Below, piece by piece: positions 25,945-38,553 of a stretch of 64,000 bases of DNA (position 1 is the stretch's first letter; every line of letters begins with the position of its first letter). The notes beneath the pieces are model-generated. The model had not been told where the DNA came from. It worked only from the letters and a program-made list of their open reading frames with translations, and searched no databases. The DNA lies in the NCBI GenBank assembly GCA_964188305.1, contig OZ076890.1. One strand, given 5' to 3'. The stretch comes from Podarcis bocagei. Lineage: Eukaryota. The position numbers and the translations under genes were made by a program.

Positions 25945-26255
25945 CAGTGGTGCCCCACAAGACGAATGCCTCGCAAGACGGAAAACCCGCTAGACAAAAG
26001 GGTTTTCCGTTTTTGAGCTGCTTCGCAAGACGAATTTCCCTATGGGCTTGCTTCGCAAGACGTTTTCGTCTTGCGAGTGTTCCAATTTTTCCCCACTCCC
26101 CCCCTTTTTCTAAGCCGCTAATAGCCTTTTAGCCGCTAAGCCTTTAATAGCCGCTAATCCGCTAAGCAGCTAATAGGGTTGCTTCGCAAGACGAAAAAAC
26201 CGCTAGACGAAGAGACTCACGGAACGGATTATTTTCGTCTTGCGAGGCACTACTG
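25945..26255. mobile_element. Tigger/pogo-like MITE with repeated TCGCAAGACG motifs
   Basis: TA|CAGTGGTGCC...GGCACTACTG|TA; many CpGs retained. Confidence 0.85.
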
Positions 26256-26359
26256 TAATTGATGAGAGTACTACAAGCCTTAGACATAGGGCTCATATTT
26301 TGGATGAATGAAGGGGAAACATGTTGTCTTAAAAGTGTTTTCTATTTTCCCACATACAG

Positions 26360-26503
26360 ACAGAAGCAGCTCTGGTGTATGATGCTGTTTACATGGTTGC
26401 AGTGGCTTCCCAGCGTGCCTCCCAAATGACTGTCAGCTCCCTGCAGTGTCACAGACATAAGCCGTGGCGTTTTGGACCCAGATTTATGAACCTGATAAAA
26501 GAG
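26360..26503 (+). CDS. GRIK1: GRIK1 exon 7 (144 nt): [48 protein letters not shown]
   Basis: tacag| acceptor, GAG|gtaagc donor; phase 0-0. Confidence 0.96.
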
Positions 26504-26571
26504 GTAAGCATGGACCATTTGCTGGAATTCAGAATAGCCTTTTTCTCTATTGCTGTTTAATACACTAGAAA

Positions 26572-26625
26572 CTCTCTCTACCACACAATGCTTGGTGTCT
26601 CTCTCTACTACACAATGCTTGGTGT
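26572..26625. repeat. 27-bp tandem duplication
   Basis: ctctctctac(c/t)acacaatgcttggtgt x2, one mismatch. Confidence 0.9.
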
Positions 26626-27201
26626 CATTTCTAGTGCTTAGCTAACAGCAGAATATTCACATATCCTCTTTAGTGAAGGAAATTCCTGGTACAGTATTTA
26701 AAACTTCAGCCTACAATTTGGTACAAAGCAAACCTGATGTAACTTTTGAAGGGCCATTAAAAGCAAAGATCACCCCTGCCCTCTGCATTTGAACTATTAG
26801 TTTAAGGTTTCTAGTAAACTTTCCACTGGGAGTTCGGGGGTGATTTTCATTTTTGTAAGCCTGTATCAGCACACAGAGCTTGGGGAAACCAAAATATACC
26901 GTAATCATTTTCAGTTAAAATGTTTGATGCTAGCACCAAAGAACATAAATATTGAAATGTGAGTATCAAATTTGTCTCTTTTTAAACATCAATTCCTAGA
27001 AGTTAATTTGTGTGATATTTTGATTATTTCAAGCATACAATTTCTATACAATAATAGACTTACACAACTGTATATTCAGATCTGATGAGTACTGTGCTTT
27101 GTTGAAACAAGCCAACTTCAAACAATGGCTTATGAAGCTTCAGAGTAATTTCATGTTAGCATGTGCTCACAACACTAAATTATGGTTAACTGTAATTCCA
27201 A

Positions 27202-27239
27202 GTATCTGAAGAAGTATGCATGCACACGAAAGCTCATAC
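27202..27239 (+). ncRNA. Minimal type I hammerhead ribozyme motif
   Basis: GUAU-CUGAAGA-A-GUAUGC(AU)GCACAC-GAAA-GCUC-AUAC: both core boxes, stem I GUAU/AUAC, stem II 5/6 pairs, palindromic AGCU stem III, UC cleavage site at 27235. Confidence 0.7.
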
Positions 27240-27291
27240 CAAGAACTAACTTAGTTGGTCTTTAAGGTGCTACTGGAAGGAATTTTTTTAT
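27204..27291 (+). mobile_element. Short Penelope-type retroposed fragment with 13-bp target-site duplication
   Basis: TGTAATTCCAAGT at 27191-27203 and 27292-27304; body (gaaagctcatacc...ttagttggtctttaaggtgctactgga) resembles reptile Penelope terminal repeats (recognised from memory). Confidence 0.8.
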
Positions 27292-28441
27292 TGTAATTCC
27301 AAGTGAAAGCTTTCATTCTCCTGTTCTCTTGTATGAGTCGAATCTCTCTTATGCTTGTTCCTGTCACAAGAAACATTAGCTGATTGTGATGTCCAAACAG
27401 AGCTAATGCCTGAATTTCTACACATTTTTCTGTTTTTAGAAACCCAGCTAATCCTACTCCATATACAAATACGGTATATGTTTCACAACATCTATTCAAT
27501 CATCTTAACCCAGATTTACACTCCAAACCCAATTCCTCACTAGCCTTCACATTAATTTACCACAGTATCTAGCATATCAATAATAATGAGGTTGTGGGAA
27601 AGTTTATCAAAACATTTGTGAAACATTTCCAACCAGACTGTGTCATTGCTTAAGCAGTTTTCATAGAATGCCTTAATTATGTTATGCCCCAAAGCAACAC
27701 AGCTTCTCAGTAAATGTAGTTCATGGTCTGATATGTGACTTTATTGTACAATTCACATTTATTGTGTACAGCTTGATTCTGCATGGCACATGAGATCTGA
27801 CCTAATTACTGGTAGTTTCACAGATAATTTATTTTATGGTCTATAAAACATTAACTCAAAAGGCTCAAGCTTCTTATCTTTTGAAGTGTGTTCTTTTTGT
27901 ACTTAGCAAAAGAGAAAAATGACAATCACCATGATGGATTGAAAACTGCAGCACACCACTATGCTGCGCTATTTCCACAGCAGTAATTGCTTTCAAACTG
28001 TAGGGTGTAATAGATAATGCCAGAGCTTATCTATGCCTTCCTATTTTTGCTGCAGTGTGTACATATGTATTTATTTATTAAGAGGATTTATGTCTCACTA
28101 CTTCAGGCAACCGCCTCTCAGAGCAACTAATGAAGTTCTTAAAACAATAACAATCCAAGCAACAAATCCCTTTAAAGAGCAACTAGATCAGCAGGGAAAC
28201 TTGCAATCTGAGAAAATTAGACATAAAGCCCAAATATCTAAAAGTAAGAAGAATAAAATTATACTGTATAGTGCATATGTGTGAACACTGAGCTATTCTG
28301 AAACCTTTGGAAAGGTAGCATAAGGGGCAGCTACACATTATGTGAGAGATCTGTGATTCAATTTCAAGGCATTTCTTAAAAGACAAAACTGCAATACATT
28401 TGTAGGGGACTGAGAATTTCTTAAGAGCTAATAGAAAAGAA

Positions 28442-28793
28442 GGGGACCGGGTGGCGCTGTAGGTTAAACCACAGAGCCTAGGGCTTGCCGATCAGAAGGT
28501 CGGCGGTTTGAATCCCCACGACGGGGTGAGCTCCCGTTGCTCAGTCTCTGCTCCTGCCAACCTAGCAGTTTGAAAGCACGTCAAAGTGCAAGTAGATAAA
28601 TAGGTACCGCTCCGGCGGGAAGGTAAACGGCGTTTCTGTGCGCTTCTCTCATTCGCCAGAAGCGGCTCAGTCATGCTGGCCACATGACCTGGAAGCTGTA
28701 CGCCGGCTCCCTCAGCCAATAAAGCGAGATGAGCGCCGCAACCCCAGAGTCGGCCACGACTGGACCTAATGGTCAGGGGTCCCTTTACCTTTA
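28442..28793 (+). mobile_element. Full-length Sauria SINE with 13-bp TSD
   Basis: tRNA-like head (gtggcgctgtagg, ggtttgaatcc), ACCTTT-type tail; TSD ctaatagaaaaga at 28428-28440 and 28794-28806. Confidence 0.92.
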
Positions 28794-30880
28794 CTAATAG
28801 AAAAGAGGTGTTAAGTCCTTTTCCTCTGTGCCTCTTTCCCTGTCAGACCTGCAAACATACTTAGCTGCTCCTTGCGCAGCAATCAGCATTTGGGAGGAGA
28901 AATTTTGATCAGGAAATCACAGCATCCACTACTCTGAAGAAACTTTTAAATTGCCCCAACCCCAAGCTTTTCTGTTCAGGCTTAATTAGACAGCTATATC
29001 AGTAGGAGCTGTGTGCCCACAAACAGTATTAGATCCCCTCCTTTGAAATTCTCCTATCAAAGGAGTTTTAGTTTTATCTGACTGCTGAGTTTCACAAAAG
29101 GAAGGATCTCTGCAATAACCACAAAATAAAAAATAAAATAATTGCAGCCAAGGAATCTAGAATCACTATATTTGCCATTTAGCAACTAATTTATATATAT
29201 TAGAAAAGTAGATTGCTGATTTACTTTTTTTCCTCCTCGCTTTTGCTAAGTAAGAGGTATGGGACAGGGAGTAACAATTGAGGCAGCACCAGTCATACCT
29301 AGAACTTATAGCCCTGCAGTACTAGACATTTTAAAGTAGACTTTATTGAGTTGTCTGCCTGTCCCTTGATTTTGAAAAATGGCTGTGCTTTAGATGCAAC
29401 ATCTTACCATGTACTTTAAACAACAAATGTCCTGCAATATCCAAGAATGTACAAAATGGTTAATATTGCAACAGAAATACCATTAATGTTACTTTACACA
29501 AACCCTGGATATTATGTATGAGAGTGGGGAACATTAAGCTTTTGCTGGAGAAATATAAGCTTGCTGGAACCCTTTGGATATTCCTGCTGGTTTAAGGTAA
29601 CCTAACTAGAGTTCACAAGCCAGGTTTTGTGTGGGTGGATATTATATACAGTACATTGCCTAGGATCAGCATTCAGTTACAATCAGACGGGCAGACTAAA
29701 TCCTTTCTAGAAGTTCCTGTTCCTGTGACCTAATGTCATTTGATATCTAAATGATACTCTAATCCTTCGCCCCCTCATGAAACAGTTTGCAAACAAATCT
29801 ATATTCCCTGCCAGACAAAGAGGGAAACAGGTCATTTTCTTGCAAAATAAAATTTATCTTTTTCTTCAGGACAACTAAAATCAGTTCGGAGGAATTAAAT
29901 TTAATTCCTCAGACAGCTGCCTTGCTACAGTATTCAACTCTCTGTCTCCAGGGATGGCTAACCTGTGATTCTTTTAATGAAGATAACCTATGAGCCCCAG
30001 CCAGCATGACCAATAGTTATAGATTATGGGAGTTGTATTCCAGTTACACCTGAAGGACCAAAGGTTAACCAGGCCTGATTTATAGGGAGAAAAGCTATTT
30101 AAAAAACCCAAAGCAGAAGAGCACCACCACCAGGCTCCATGAGCAAGGAAATGAGATAAATGCAAAATATACACGACCCTCATAAGTAAAGTATTGAGGA
30201 TATACTAAAGATTCCCATTAGCAGCAAACATAGAAGGGGCTGTAGCTATTTGTCCAACTATAAACCCTTTGTGAAAACTAGCTAAAGGAGAAATAATCAT
30301 AAATAAACAGTAGATGAACAAAAGGAGCCAGAGGCTCCACAGTCCCCTTGAGCTTTCTCTGAATATATGTGTTACTTTCCCCCAATATATATGACATTTT
30401 TGCATTTCTCTAACTCCAAAAACCCTACAATTATGACGTGTAATAAATATGGATTTAACATTGCAATTATACAGTACAATAGATATGGATTTAACTCAAG
30501 ATAAAACTTAATTTGTTAAAGTTAACGTTTTATGATGATTTGAACAATTTTCACAGCATGGTGATTACAGAAAAATAACAGGCAGGTTTGCATGAGGATT
30601 GTTAGTAGAACTCAATAAACCTATGAGAGCTTTATAATTTGATAAGAAATATTAGCATGAAAAATATGTTAAATTATGCCTTAAAGTGCATATTCTAGTT
30701 GGTAAAATGTGCAATAACTTATGCAGTCATTATAGTAATTATACAGTAAGCAGACGAAGAATAATAGAAAGCCAAAGAAGGGAGAAATCCAAAGCTAGCT
30801 GTTTATTATTGTGCAGTGTGCTAAACTAAATGAAAAAAGGAAACTGCATATTGGAAAAGAAACTACAGTCAAGGCCTGAA

Positions 30881-31050
30881 AGGCACATCCACACTTCTAT
30901 AATTTTTATACTGGCTTAATTGTTGTGCCTTCCCCAAAGAATCCTGGGAACTGAAGTTTGATTATAGCGCTGAGATTTCTCAAGAAGCACACGCAGAACT
31001 TCAGTTTCCAGAATGTCTTGAGGAAATGAAATGACTATTAGTTGCACTAT
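30881..31050. mobile_element. Degenerate palindromic Harbinger-like MITE
   Basis: aggcacatccacac start; ctgggaactgaagtt / aacttcagtttccag inverted arms. Confidence 0.55.
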
Positions 31051-33597
31051 ACATATCCATTGAGACTTAAAAATCTTAAATACAACTACACATACACATG
31101 AGTTGTGAATTGGGCTATGCATCTGGCTCAGGGAATTACCGTAGATAACTTTCCAGGGCCATACTTCCAAGGAAGAAAGGTGACTTTGTGGCTCACAGAT
31201 CAGATCAGTGGTTGACAGAATTGCAGTCCTTGAGGAATGTTGAGAGATTGGGGAATGGAGACATTTTATACTCTACACACTAAACATTCTTAAATTTAGA
31301 CTTTAATTGAGCTTCACGTGCCAAATTTATTGACTGCTGCTAACACAGTAGGGATTATATAGTGGAAAAACTCTCAGCTGCCATCTGTCCAGGAATGGCT
31401 GTTAAAAATGTCTGGAACTAAGTGAAATGGATAGGTTGATGGAAGGTATTCAAAGATCTTATTATTTGTATTGCTTTATTTATTATTGTTTACTGGAAAA
31501 GTAACTATGGATAAATGCTGGATATAAGTTTGTTTTTGTAGTAGTAGCTGATATTGTAACTGCAACAGTATAATAAAAAATCAAAATATGAAGAGGTGGA
31601 GAAATGTCAATTAAATCTGTCCAGATTTTCCATGACTCCTATGAATTCAATTGAATGAACTCCCTGCCCCCACCTTAACATTAGATCATCCTGTTGTTTG
31701 CTCACGCATAGTCTTTATGTTCTCTTCAGATAAATGTATAGCTGTTTTCCAACTGCTTTTCACCAATATGCGACCCAGCCCATCTGGCAAAGATTGCATT
31801 GGGGTGGTTCAATGTGTAGCTTTTCAGAGGTATTCATCTCTCACTTCCTCCCTAATTACAGCTCATTGACTAATACCTGATAATAACTAATAGAAATGGA
31901 AGTTTAACTAATAGAGTTTAACTAATAGAAATGGAAAATGAAAGGGTAGTTCCATTAAGAGATGGATTCTACAGGGCATAAACTGGACATCCTTCAGGAG
32001 ACATATACTATTGATAGTGGAGGTGAAAGAAGGTATAGAGGTAGGATAAAACAAAAGGCAAGTGGAAGAAAAAAAGCAATGGAGGAGGGAGAAGTAGAAA
32101 GAACTGGAACCAGGAAGCCAGAGAGTGTTTGGAAACATAGATACCTATTTATATTTCGTACTGGTTTGGAACTTATTATTTTGAATAAAGAAAAAAATTG
32201 AAAGGCTCTTTAACATATCACTTTTTTATTTAAAAAAATCTTAAAAAGTAATGTTTAAAATTTAATTCAAACCAGTTAAGTATGATATGGGTAAGTGTGG
32301 TTTGCCTTAGAAGCCAGCCTCACATTCTAGCATATAGGATGAGCTTAGGGTTTAAAGGACATAAAACTAAATGCAAAGAGCAAAGAGGTGTATATACCGT
32401 AGTTCGGGTAAAGTGGTTACAGTACTGGATTAAGATTGGAGAGCTCCAGTTCACAATTTCCACATGCAGCTTAGTGGCTGGCCTTGGACCTGTCCCTCCC
32501 TCAGTCTAACTCTAACTGTTGGTTGTTGCAATGATAAAATGTGTGAGATCTTGTATACCACACCAAGCTCTTTGCAGTAAGGGCAGAAGAAAGTGTAATT
32601 AGTCAGCTTAACCCCAGTCTATAAATTACACAGAAAATAAGATCAATATCTTAATGCTTTGAGCTAAGCATATACACAAAACACAGAGAGAGCTCACATT
32701 GGGTAGTTTGTAATGGCCCAGAGATGGTGTGCGCTTTGTAGTACTTTCAAGCTTGTTTATTCTTTTTAGCTAGTATAACACAAAGAAATGTCTGCTTCAC
32801 ACCAACTGTAAAAGACTTTTGGGTCAGACTGAGCTTCATCTAGAGTAGCTCAGTGTGGGAAAGTTTCCCTAGAATGGCCAACTACTCTAATTGGGTACAG
32901 TCACCGCTAAAAACTTCTGACTGATCTGATGGCGACTGTTGGCTAGAAACCATGGTGTAATATTGATTCTCAATAATGCATGACTAATAAATTTAGAGAA
33001 AGTGAAACAATGATCTCAATCAATGGTACAATGATAGAGTTTTTCAGGGAAAATTGCATATGCTTGAATTTAAGATCGATACACATTCATATTCAATCTG
33101 TTTTTATTAAGGTTAATAACCTCATTTAAAAATATAGATTTCAGATATTATTGCAGTGACAATTTATCTTTCAAATACTGCACCTATAGATGAATTATGC
33201 TTATTGAGACAATTTTGACCACTGAAAGTTAGCATCTCCTGCACAATTTGTTAGTTATATTATAAATTAATGCTTCACTTGCATGCATATGCGGTGCCAC
33301 TTCGTGCATGCATAACCTTGGTTCAATAATCTGTGATAGCTAGCTTATCAACTAGGGTGGCAATAATGAAAAGAGTTAAATCCAAGTTTATGGTGCCTTT
33401 TCCAAACAACTACCAAGCATGTTGACAATCATCTCAGCAACATTTTCCACGCACAGGGTCTGAAGGTGGATTAAATCACGCTTTTGCAGGGACTAAAAAT
33501 TCACTGTTCTACAGTGACTGCCTTCTGCTGATGCAACTGTCATTGGCAGCTATTAAATAATGCCTGTTTCTGACAAGCGGCAGCTATTGTCCTAAAC

Positions 33598-33745
33598 CAG
33601 GCATGTTCAAGCAGTCTATCGCAATCTACAAGCTATCCTCCCCCCAAAAGACTTGACAACTCTCAGCAATGACAATGGGTAGATCACTGCCAGTTTTTTT
33701 TATACTGGGAGTAGATCACAGTCTCTTGGGAGTTGGAAGTGCCTG
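33598..33745. mobile_element. hAT MITE
   Basis: CAGGCA...TGCCTG; 8-bp TSD tcctaaac/tcctacac; repeated gtagatcac. Confidence 0.78.
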
Positions 33746-34654
33746 TCCTACACCATCTATCTGTCCCTATTGAAATAGACCATGGAAGGGATGCTCCCCA
33801 TATGATGGAGCCAAATCATATGGTTAGTGCTTGTACATGGCATGAAGAAGGGGAGATCATCATGAAGTTGCCATTTTGGTTACATCACCATGGCAAGCAT
33901 AACACGCATCCCAGCTCTCTGGCACAATATTAATATTGTGGGCCAGGCAGTCTCACTGGATTGCTGGTCAACAACTAACTAAGAAGTTACACCATTGAGA
34001 AACATATTTTCACAACCCGTTCTATAATAATTAGAGAACCCTGGGGAAGGAAACTAGTACCTAAAAACTTTACAATACTTTGCAAGTGCTTCAGTCTTGT
34101 CCAGATTAGTTGCTGGCATCTTCTCAGTTGCCAAGTGCCTCACATATTTTACCACAGATTGTCAAAACTTTCACTTAACCAAGAACTACTTGAAAACTCA
34201 CAGGCTGCTTTTTTGAACAGAAGGGCCACAGTTGGTCTAGTACAGTTACATAATTACTAGACCTAAGGTCATTTAGTTCAGGATGTGGAACATATTCTGC
34301 AACAGCAGCTAGGATTATTAATTAAAGCAGAGGTCCCTAAACTTTTGGAGCCTAGGGGCACATCTGGAAATCTAAGAAGCTGTCACGGAAACCACAAAAT
34401 AGAAAAAGTGGTGGAACTTAGAACCTCCCACTTGAAACAAACAACAACAGGAAAAATGTCTGCACCTCTCCCCCAAGCCCAAAACACATAGAAAAGAAGG
34501 CATCTTTTCCACAAAACAGCCCCAACCAATCAACCAACTCTCCAAAAATATTCAGTTTTTCTTTTTTTAAAAATGGGAGGGGCAAGGGGCCTTGGTTAAC
34601 ATCAAGGAGGATATCTGAAGGCAGCATGCTGCTCATGCTATTTTAAAGTATTTT

Positions 34655-34811
34655 GAAAACAACTATTTTACTTTTAAAAGTCATCTGAAGGCAGCCCTCT
34701 TTAGGGAAGTTTTTAATGTTTGAAGCTGTACTGTTTTTAATATTCAGTTGGAAGCCGCCCAGAGTGGCTGGGGAAACCCAGCCAGATGGGCGGGGTATAA
34801 ATAATAAATTA

Positions 34812-34870
<59 letters not shown>

Positions 34871-34882
34871 CATCATCATCAT
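34655..34882 (+). mobile_element. L2-type LINE 3' end with expanded (ATT)n(CAT)4 tail
   Basis: ggaagccgcccagagtggctggggaaacccagccagatgggcggggtataaataataa then ATT repeat 34812-34870. Confidence 0.8.
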
Positions 34883-36576
34883 TATAAAATAAAATTCAAT
34901 ATGTGTTTTTATTTTGAGCTCCTTTTATTTCATTGGAATGCGTATGTTGCTCTATATAGAACATTCAGGATTAGTAATAACAAATCAGCTAAAATCAAAT
35001 TAAACTGCAAAGACAACAGATGTTAAATCCCCAGAACTCTGCCAACTGGTCTTAAAATTTGGTTAAAATAGGAATATAGGAAATGTTCCCTGAAGAAAGT
35101 GTCAGGAACAAGTGGAAGTTCCAGTATTCTTGGATAGATATCAAGGATGTCTCTCCAAGCACCATCACTAACTGAACGAGTCACATACTCTAGTGAATGG
35201 CAGGACACCAACAAGTACGGTATGCAGCAGGAGAAGGGGAGTCAGTGATTTCTCCTAGGAAAAGGAAGCTGCTTGCCCACCCCAACTTTTTTCTGGAGAA
35301 GAAGCCCTGTGAAGGAGCCCTGTTAGGGGATTTTTCCTAATCTAGCTTTTACTCTAAAGGCAGTTAAACACTGGCCATCAAATGTTCATTGATGACACAT
35401 TCACACTTTGAAATTAGTTCAAAGTAAGATGTTGCTGGGACTTCTGGTCAAATAAGTTGGGATCTAATGCTTAAGCCAATTACTTTTGAGCAATTTTATA
35501 CATTGGATTACAGCATCTGTAACTACAAAAGTGGACAACTTATTGCTTATGGAGGGTGTCAGTTAATGAGAAGGGTAGGCCCACCAGCAAGTCAATAGGA
35601 AATGTGTGAATATTTTCTGAAACAGAGGTGACAAAGGGCCTGTCAACTGAAAATTGATAATTCTCTGGCAGAACCATCAGGAGAATGACTTTTCAGTGAG
35701 AGCTCCTACGATAACTACCATTTACACTCTTGAAGAGCCTATTCTGTGAACCTTAAATCACCACAGACCTCTTAAAGATCCCACCCTACTATCTGTAACA
35801 CTAAAAAACAAAACCCCTGAAATGCTACGTAAAGGATTTAGGTACCATGTGATTATGATATTGCTGTGCACATGATAATATTCATTTCAGTAGATTCAGT
35901 TCTACAGATAAAAACAGATGGAAACTTAATCATATTTCTGTAAGTTTTGTGTACACCATCCAGGATCATAGTAGATAGCTATCTACAATGTGTTTAATGC
36001 AGAATAGGAATAAATATATAGCTGAGAGAACCTGTAATTAGAATTGTAAAGCAGACACTGATGAGTTTGCTCTATTATAATATATTGTGAGACTTCCTGG
36101 CATTTTAAAGCTATTTCATGAAGGAGCAAGCTAAATGAGGATAATAAAGATCGTCTACACTTGAAAATCTATTTTCTTCTAGTGTTACAATGGAAGTCAC
36201 TAGGAACTAGCCAAAGGCCAGTTTGTATACATAGGAAACGTTGGAAGAGAAGACTGCACCTGTACTAGAACTGTTTTTAAATATGGAATTGTTTTAAAAT
36301 GCTTACATTGTTTTTAAACATGGAAGTGTTGTTGCTTATTTATTTAATATACTGAACTGTTTCAAATTGTTTTTACACTTTTGTGGTTTTGTGGTTGTAA
36401 TGGTTATATAATTGCATATTTTATTGCTGCAACCCACCCTGGGACTTTATGGTAAAGGGTGGGCAAGAAATCAAATAAATAATTAAATCATGTATAAAAT
36501 ATTTCTTGAATTAGAAACCTTTCAGAGTTTTTTAAAAGAAAGCTGTATGAAAGAAACTGCAGCAGTTTGTTGCCTC

Positions 36577-36727
36577 NNNNNNNNNNNNNNNNNNNNNNNN
36601 NNNNNNNNNNNNNNNNNNNNNNNNNNNNNNNNNNNNNNNNNNNNNNNNNNNNNNNNNNNNNNNNNNNNNNNNNNNNNNNNNNNNNNNNNNNNNNNNNNNN
36701 NNNNNNNNNNNNNNNNNNNNNNNNNNN
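36577..36727. other. Assembly gap (151 N) in intron 7
   Basis: Run of N. Confidence 1.
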
Positions 36728-38445
36728 CCTTTCTTCCCCCTTCTTGGCAATAAAAATACAACTATGATAATGTAAGTAGCTAGCCATTTCTTGTCCTTTT
36801 ATAAAGTCCCAAATCAGGTGCCTGAAGCAGTCTCCTTAGTCTGCCCAGTGGTAGGTCTAGAGCCTGCATACAAGTCCACCTCTGCCAGCTTTTTCTTAAC
36901 AGCATCTTAAGGCTTACCTTTGACTCAGGCTGTCACATATATTATTTAACTCTCAACAGTGATGCAGTTATTCATAGCAGATGAGGCTAAAAGAGGTATA
37001 TGTTTGTGTGGGAACAACAAGAACCAAAAATGTTGGTTGTAGCCTTTATGCCCAACTACCAAATTAATCATTTCATTACTCCCAGTAAAAGAAAGGAACT
37101 GTTAAGTATGTTTCATGCTACCACATTTGTCAGTGTGCTATGTAACAAGAGAACACACAACCATGTGTTTTGTGGTTGCACCATATAATAGAACTCTCTC
37201 CTGAGTTATATTCACCTAGCATCTTCTTTTAGGCACTAGGAGAAATCCATCTTGTTTACCTGAGGTTTGACAGTTAAAAGTGATTTTTACTGCTCTTTTT
37301 GTTTCTGTTAGTTTGGCTGGTTTATATCTTAGGTCTTAATGTTTCTCTTTCTTTGACTCTTTTGGTTAATCAGTATTGGATTGTTTTAATTGCTTTAAGT
37401 GCTATCTAATTTGTCAATTGATTTTGTAATTGTTTTGTGTGTGTGCATGGTTTTCTTCTGGACTTTGTAAGTCACCTTAAAAGCAAATTTGGGTGGAAAG
37501 TTGAGGCAGAATTTTTTTAAATAGACAAAGTAAATCACCCACAAAACTCCATTCCTGTCTTTCCCTCCTCCACCTTTCTACAACTTCTCACAACAATGCA
37601 TTTGATTTTCACAATTCTCTTCCCTCTGTCCGCCCCTTCATAGGCAAATTCTCCATTATGTGCTCCCACCAAGGGCTATATTAATGCCAGAACACAGCCC
37701 AGGTATCTGCCTCCATTAGTTAACCATTCAATCCTCAACAAAACTTTTTTGCAAAAGTTCTGATCTCATTTCCTTGCTCTCTTTAGTTCCTTACATGGAC
37801 ACACTGCTGTTTTCAGTAAACTACCCCAGTTGCTCACACTTGACTCCCTTGTATTTTGGTTAAAATGTGTTGGATCTGGGCCAGCTCTACAAGACATACA
37901 GTGTGTCCTCTGGAATAGAGCCAGGGGTCGCGCTGAAAAACAGATTCTTTAGCACAGTGTTTCCACTAAATTTACAGTCATTCTTGCTTATTCCTGAAAG
38001 CAGAAAAGTGGTTTGTATATGCCCTTATGGATTCCTTGCTGCCTGATAGGGCTTCTTTGTGTAATAAATTGGGTTAATGTCTATCAGAATGGCATCTCTG
38101 TTAATTTTTGTAATTCCAACAGTGCCAAGATTGGCCTGAGACTAGGACATATGACAGCTCAAAACTCTTTGCAACCCCATGAATTATTTTTGGTTTGAAT
38201 GTTGTTGATGGATAATGTACCTTGGAGATGTTCCCCAAGTTCCATGCACATGTTTTCTGTCCTTATTATATAACTATTGATAATGCATTGAGTTGAATAA
38301 AATCAGAAAATCAATAAAAGAAGATTGTTTTGTTTGGAGTGTTTTTGAAAGGAATTCTACTAAGAAAGAGAGAATATGCACAATTATTTTTGATGGGCTT
38401 GAAAAGTTGAGGCTACACATTATCTCTCTCCCTTTCTTTCTCTAG

Positions 38446-38553
38446 GCTCGTTGGGATGGTTTGACAGGGCGAATTACTTTCAACAAAACAGATGGCTTAA
38501 GAAAGGATTTTGATTTGGATATTATTAGCCTCAAGGAGGAAGGAACAGAAAAG
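38446..38553 (+). CDS. GRIK1: GRIK1 exon 8 (108 nt): [36 protein letters not shown]
   Basis: Strong CT tract, ctag| acceptor, AAG|gtaacc donor; phase 0-0. Confidence 0.97.

Noticed and set aside
25960-26245. Regularly recurring short repeats that superficially resemble a CRISPR array
   Set aside because: Eukaryotic intron; repeats are 10 nt, in both orientations and inside a TA-flanked TIR element.
27082-27110. Second hammerhead-like CTGATGA...GAAAC just upstream of the real motif
   Set aside because: No stem II can form and no closing stem III with a UH site; the GAAAC belongs to a MITE-like fragment.
28442-28520. tRNA-like A/B boxes (also at 5149-5220)
   Set aside because: They are heads of tRNA-derived SINEs with body and tail, not complete cloverleaf tRNA genes.
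34643-34882. Poly-Met/Ile ORF on the minus strand
   Set aside because: Translation of the (ATT)n(CAT)n tail of an L2 fragment.
36488-36787. Five overlapping ORFs with X runs
   Set aside because: Artefacts of the N gap. Exons 7 and 8 join in frame, so no constitutive exon is missing.
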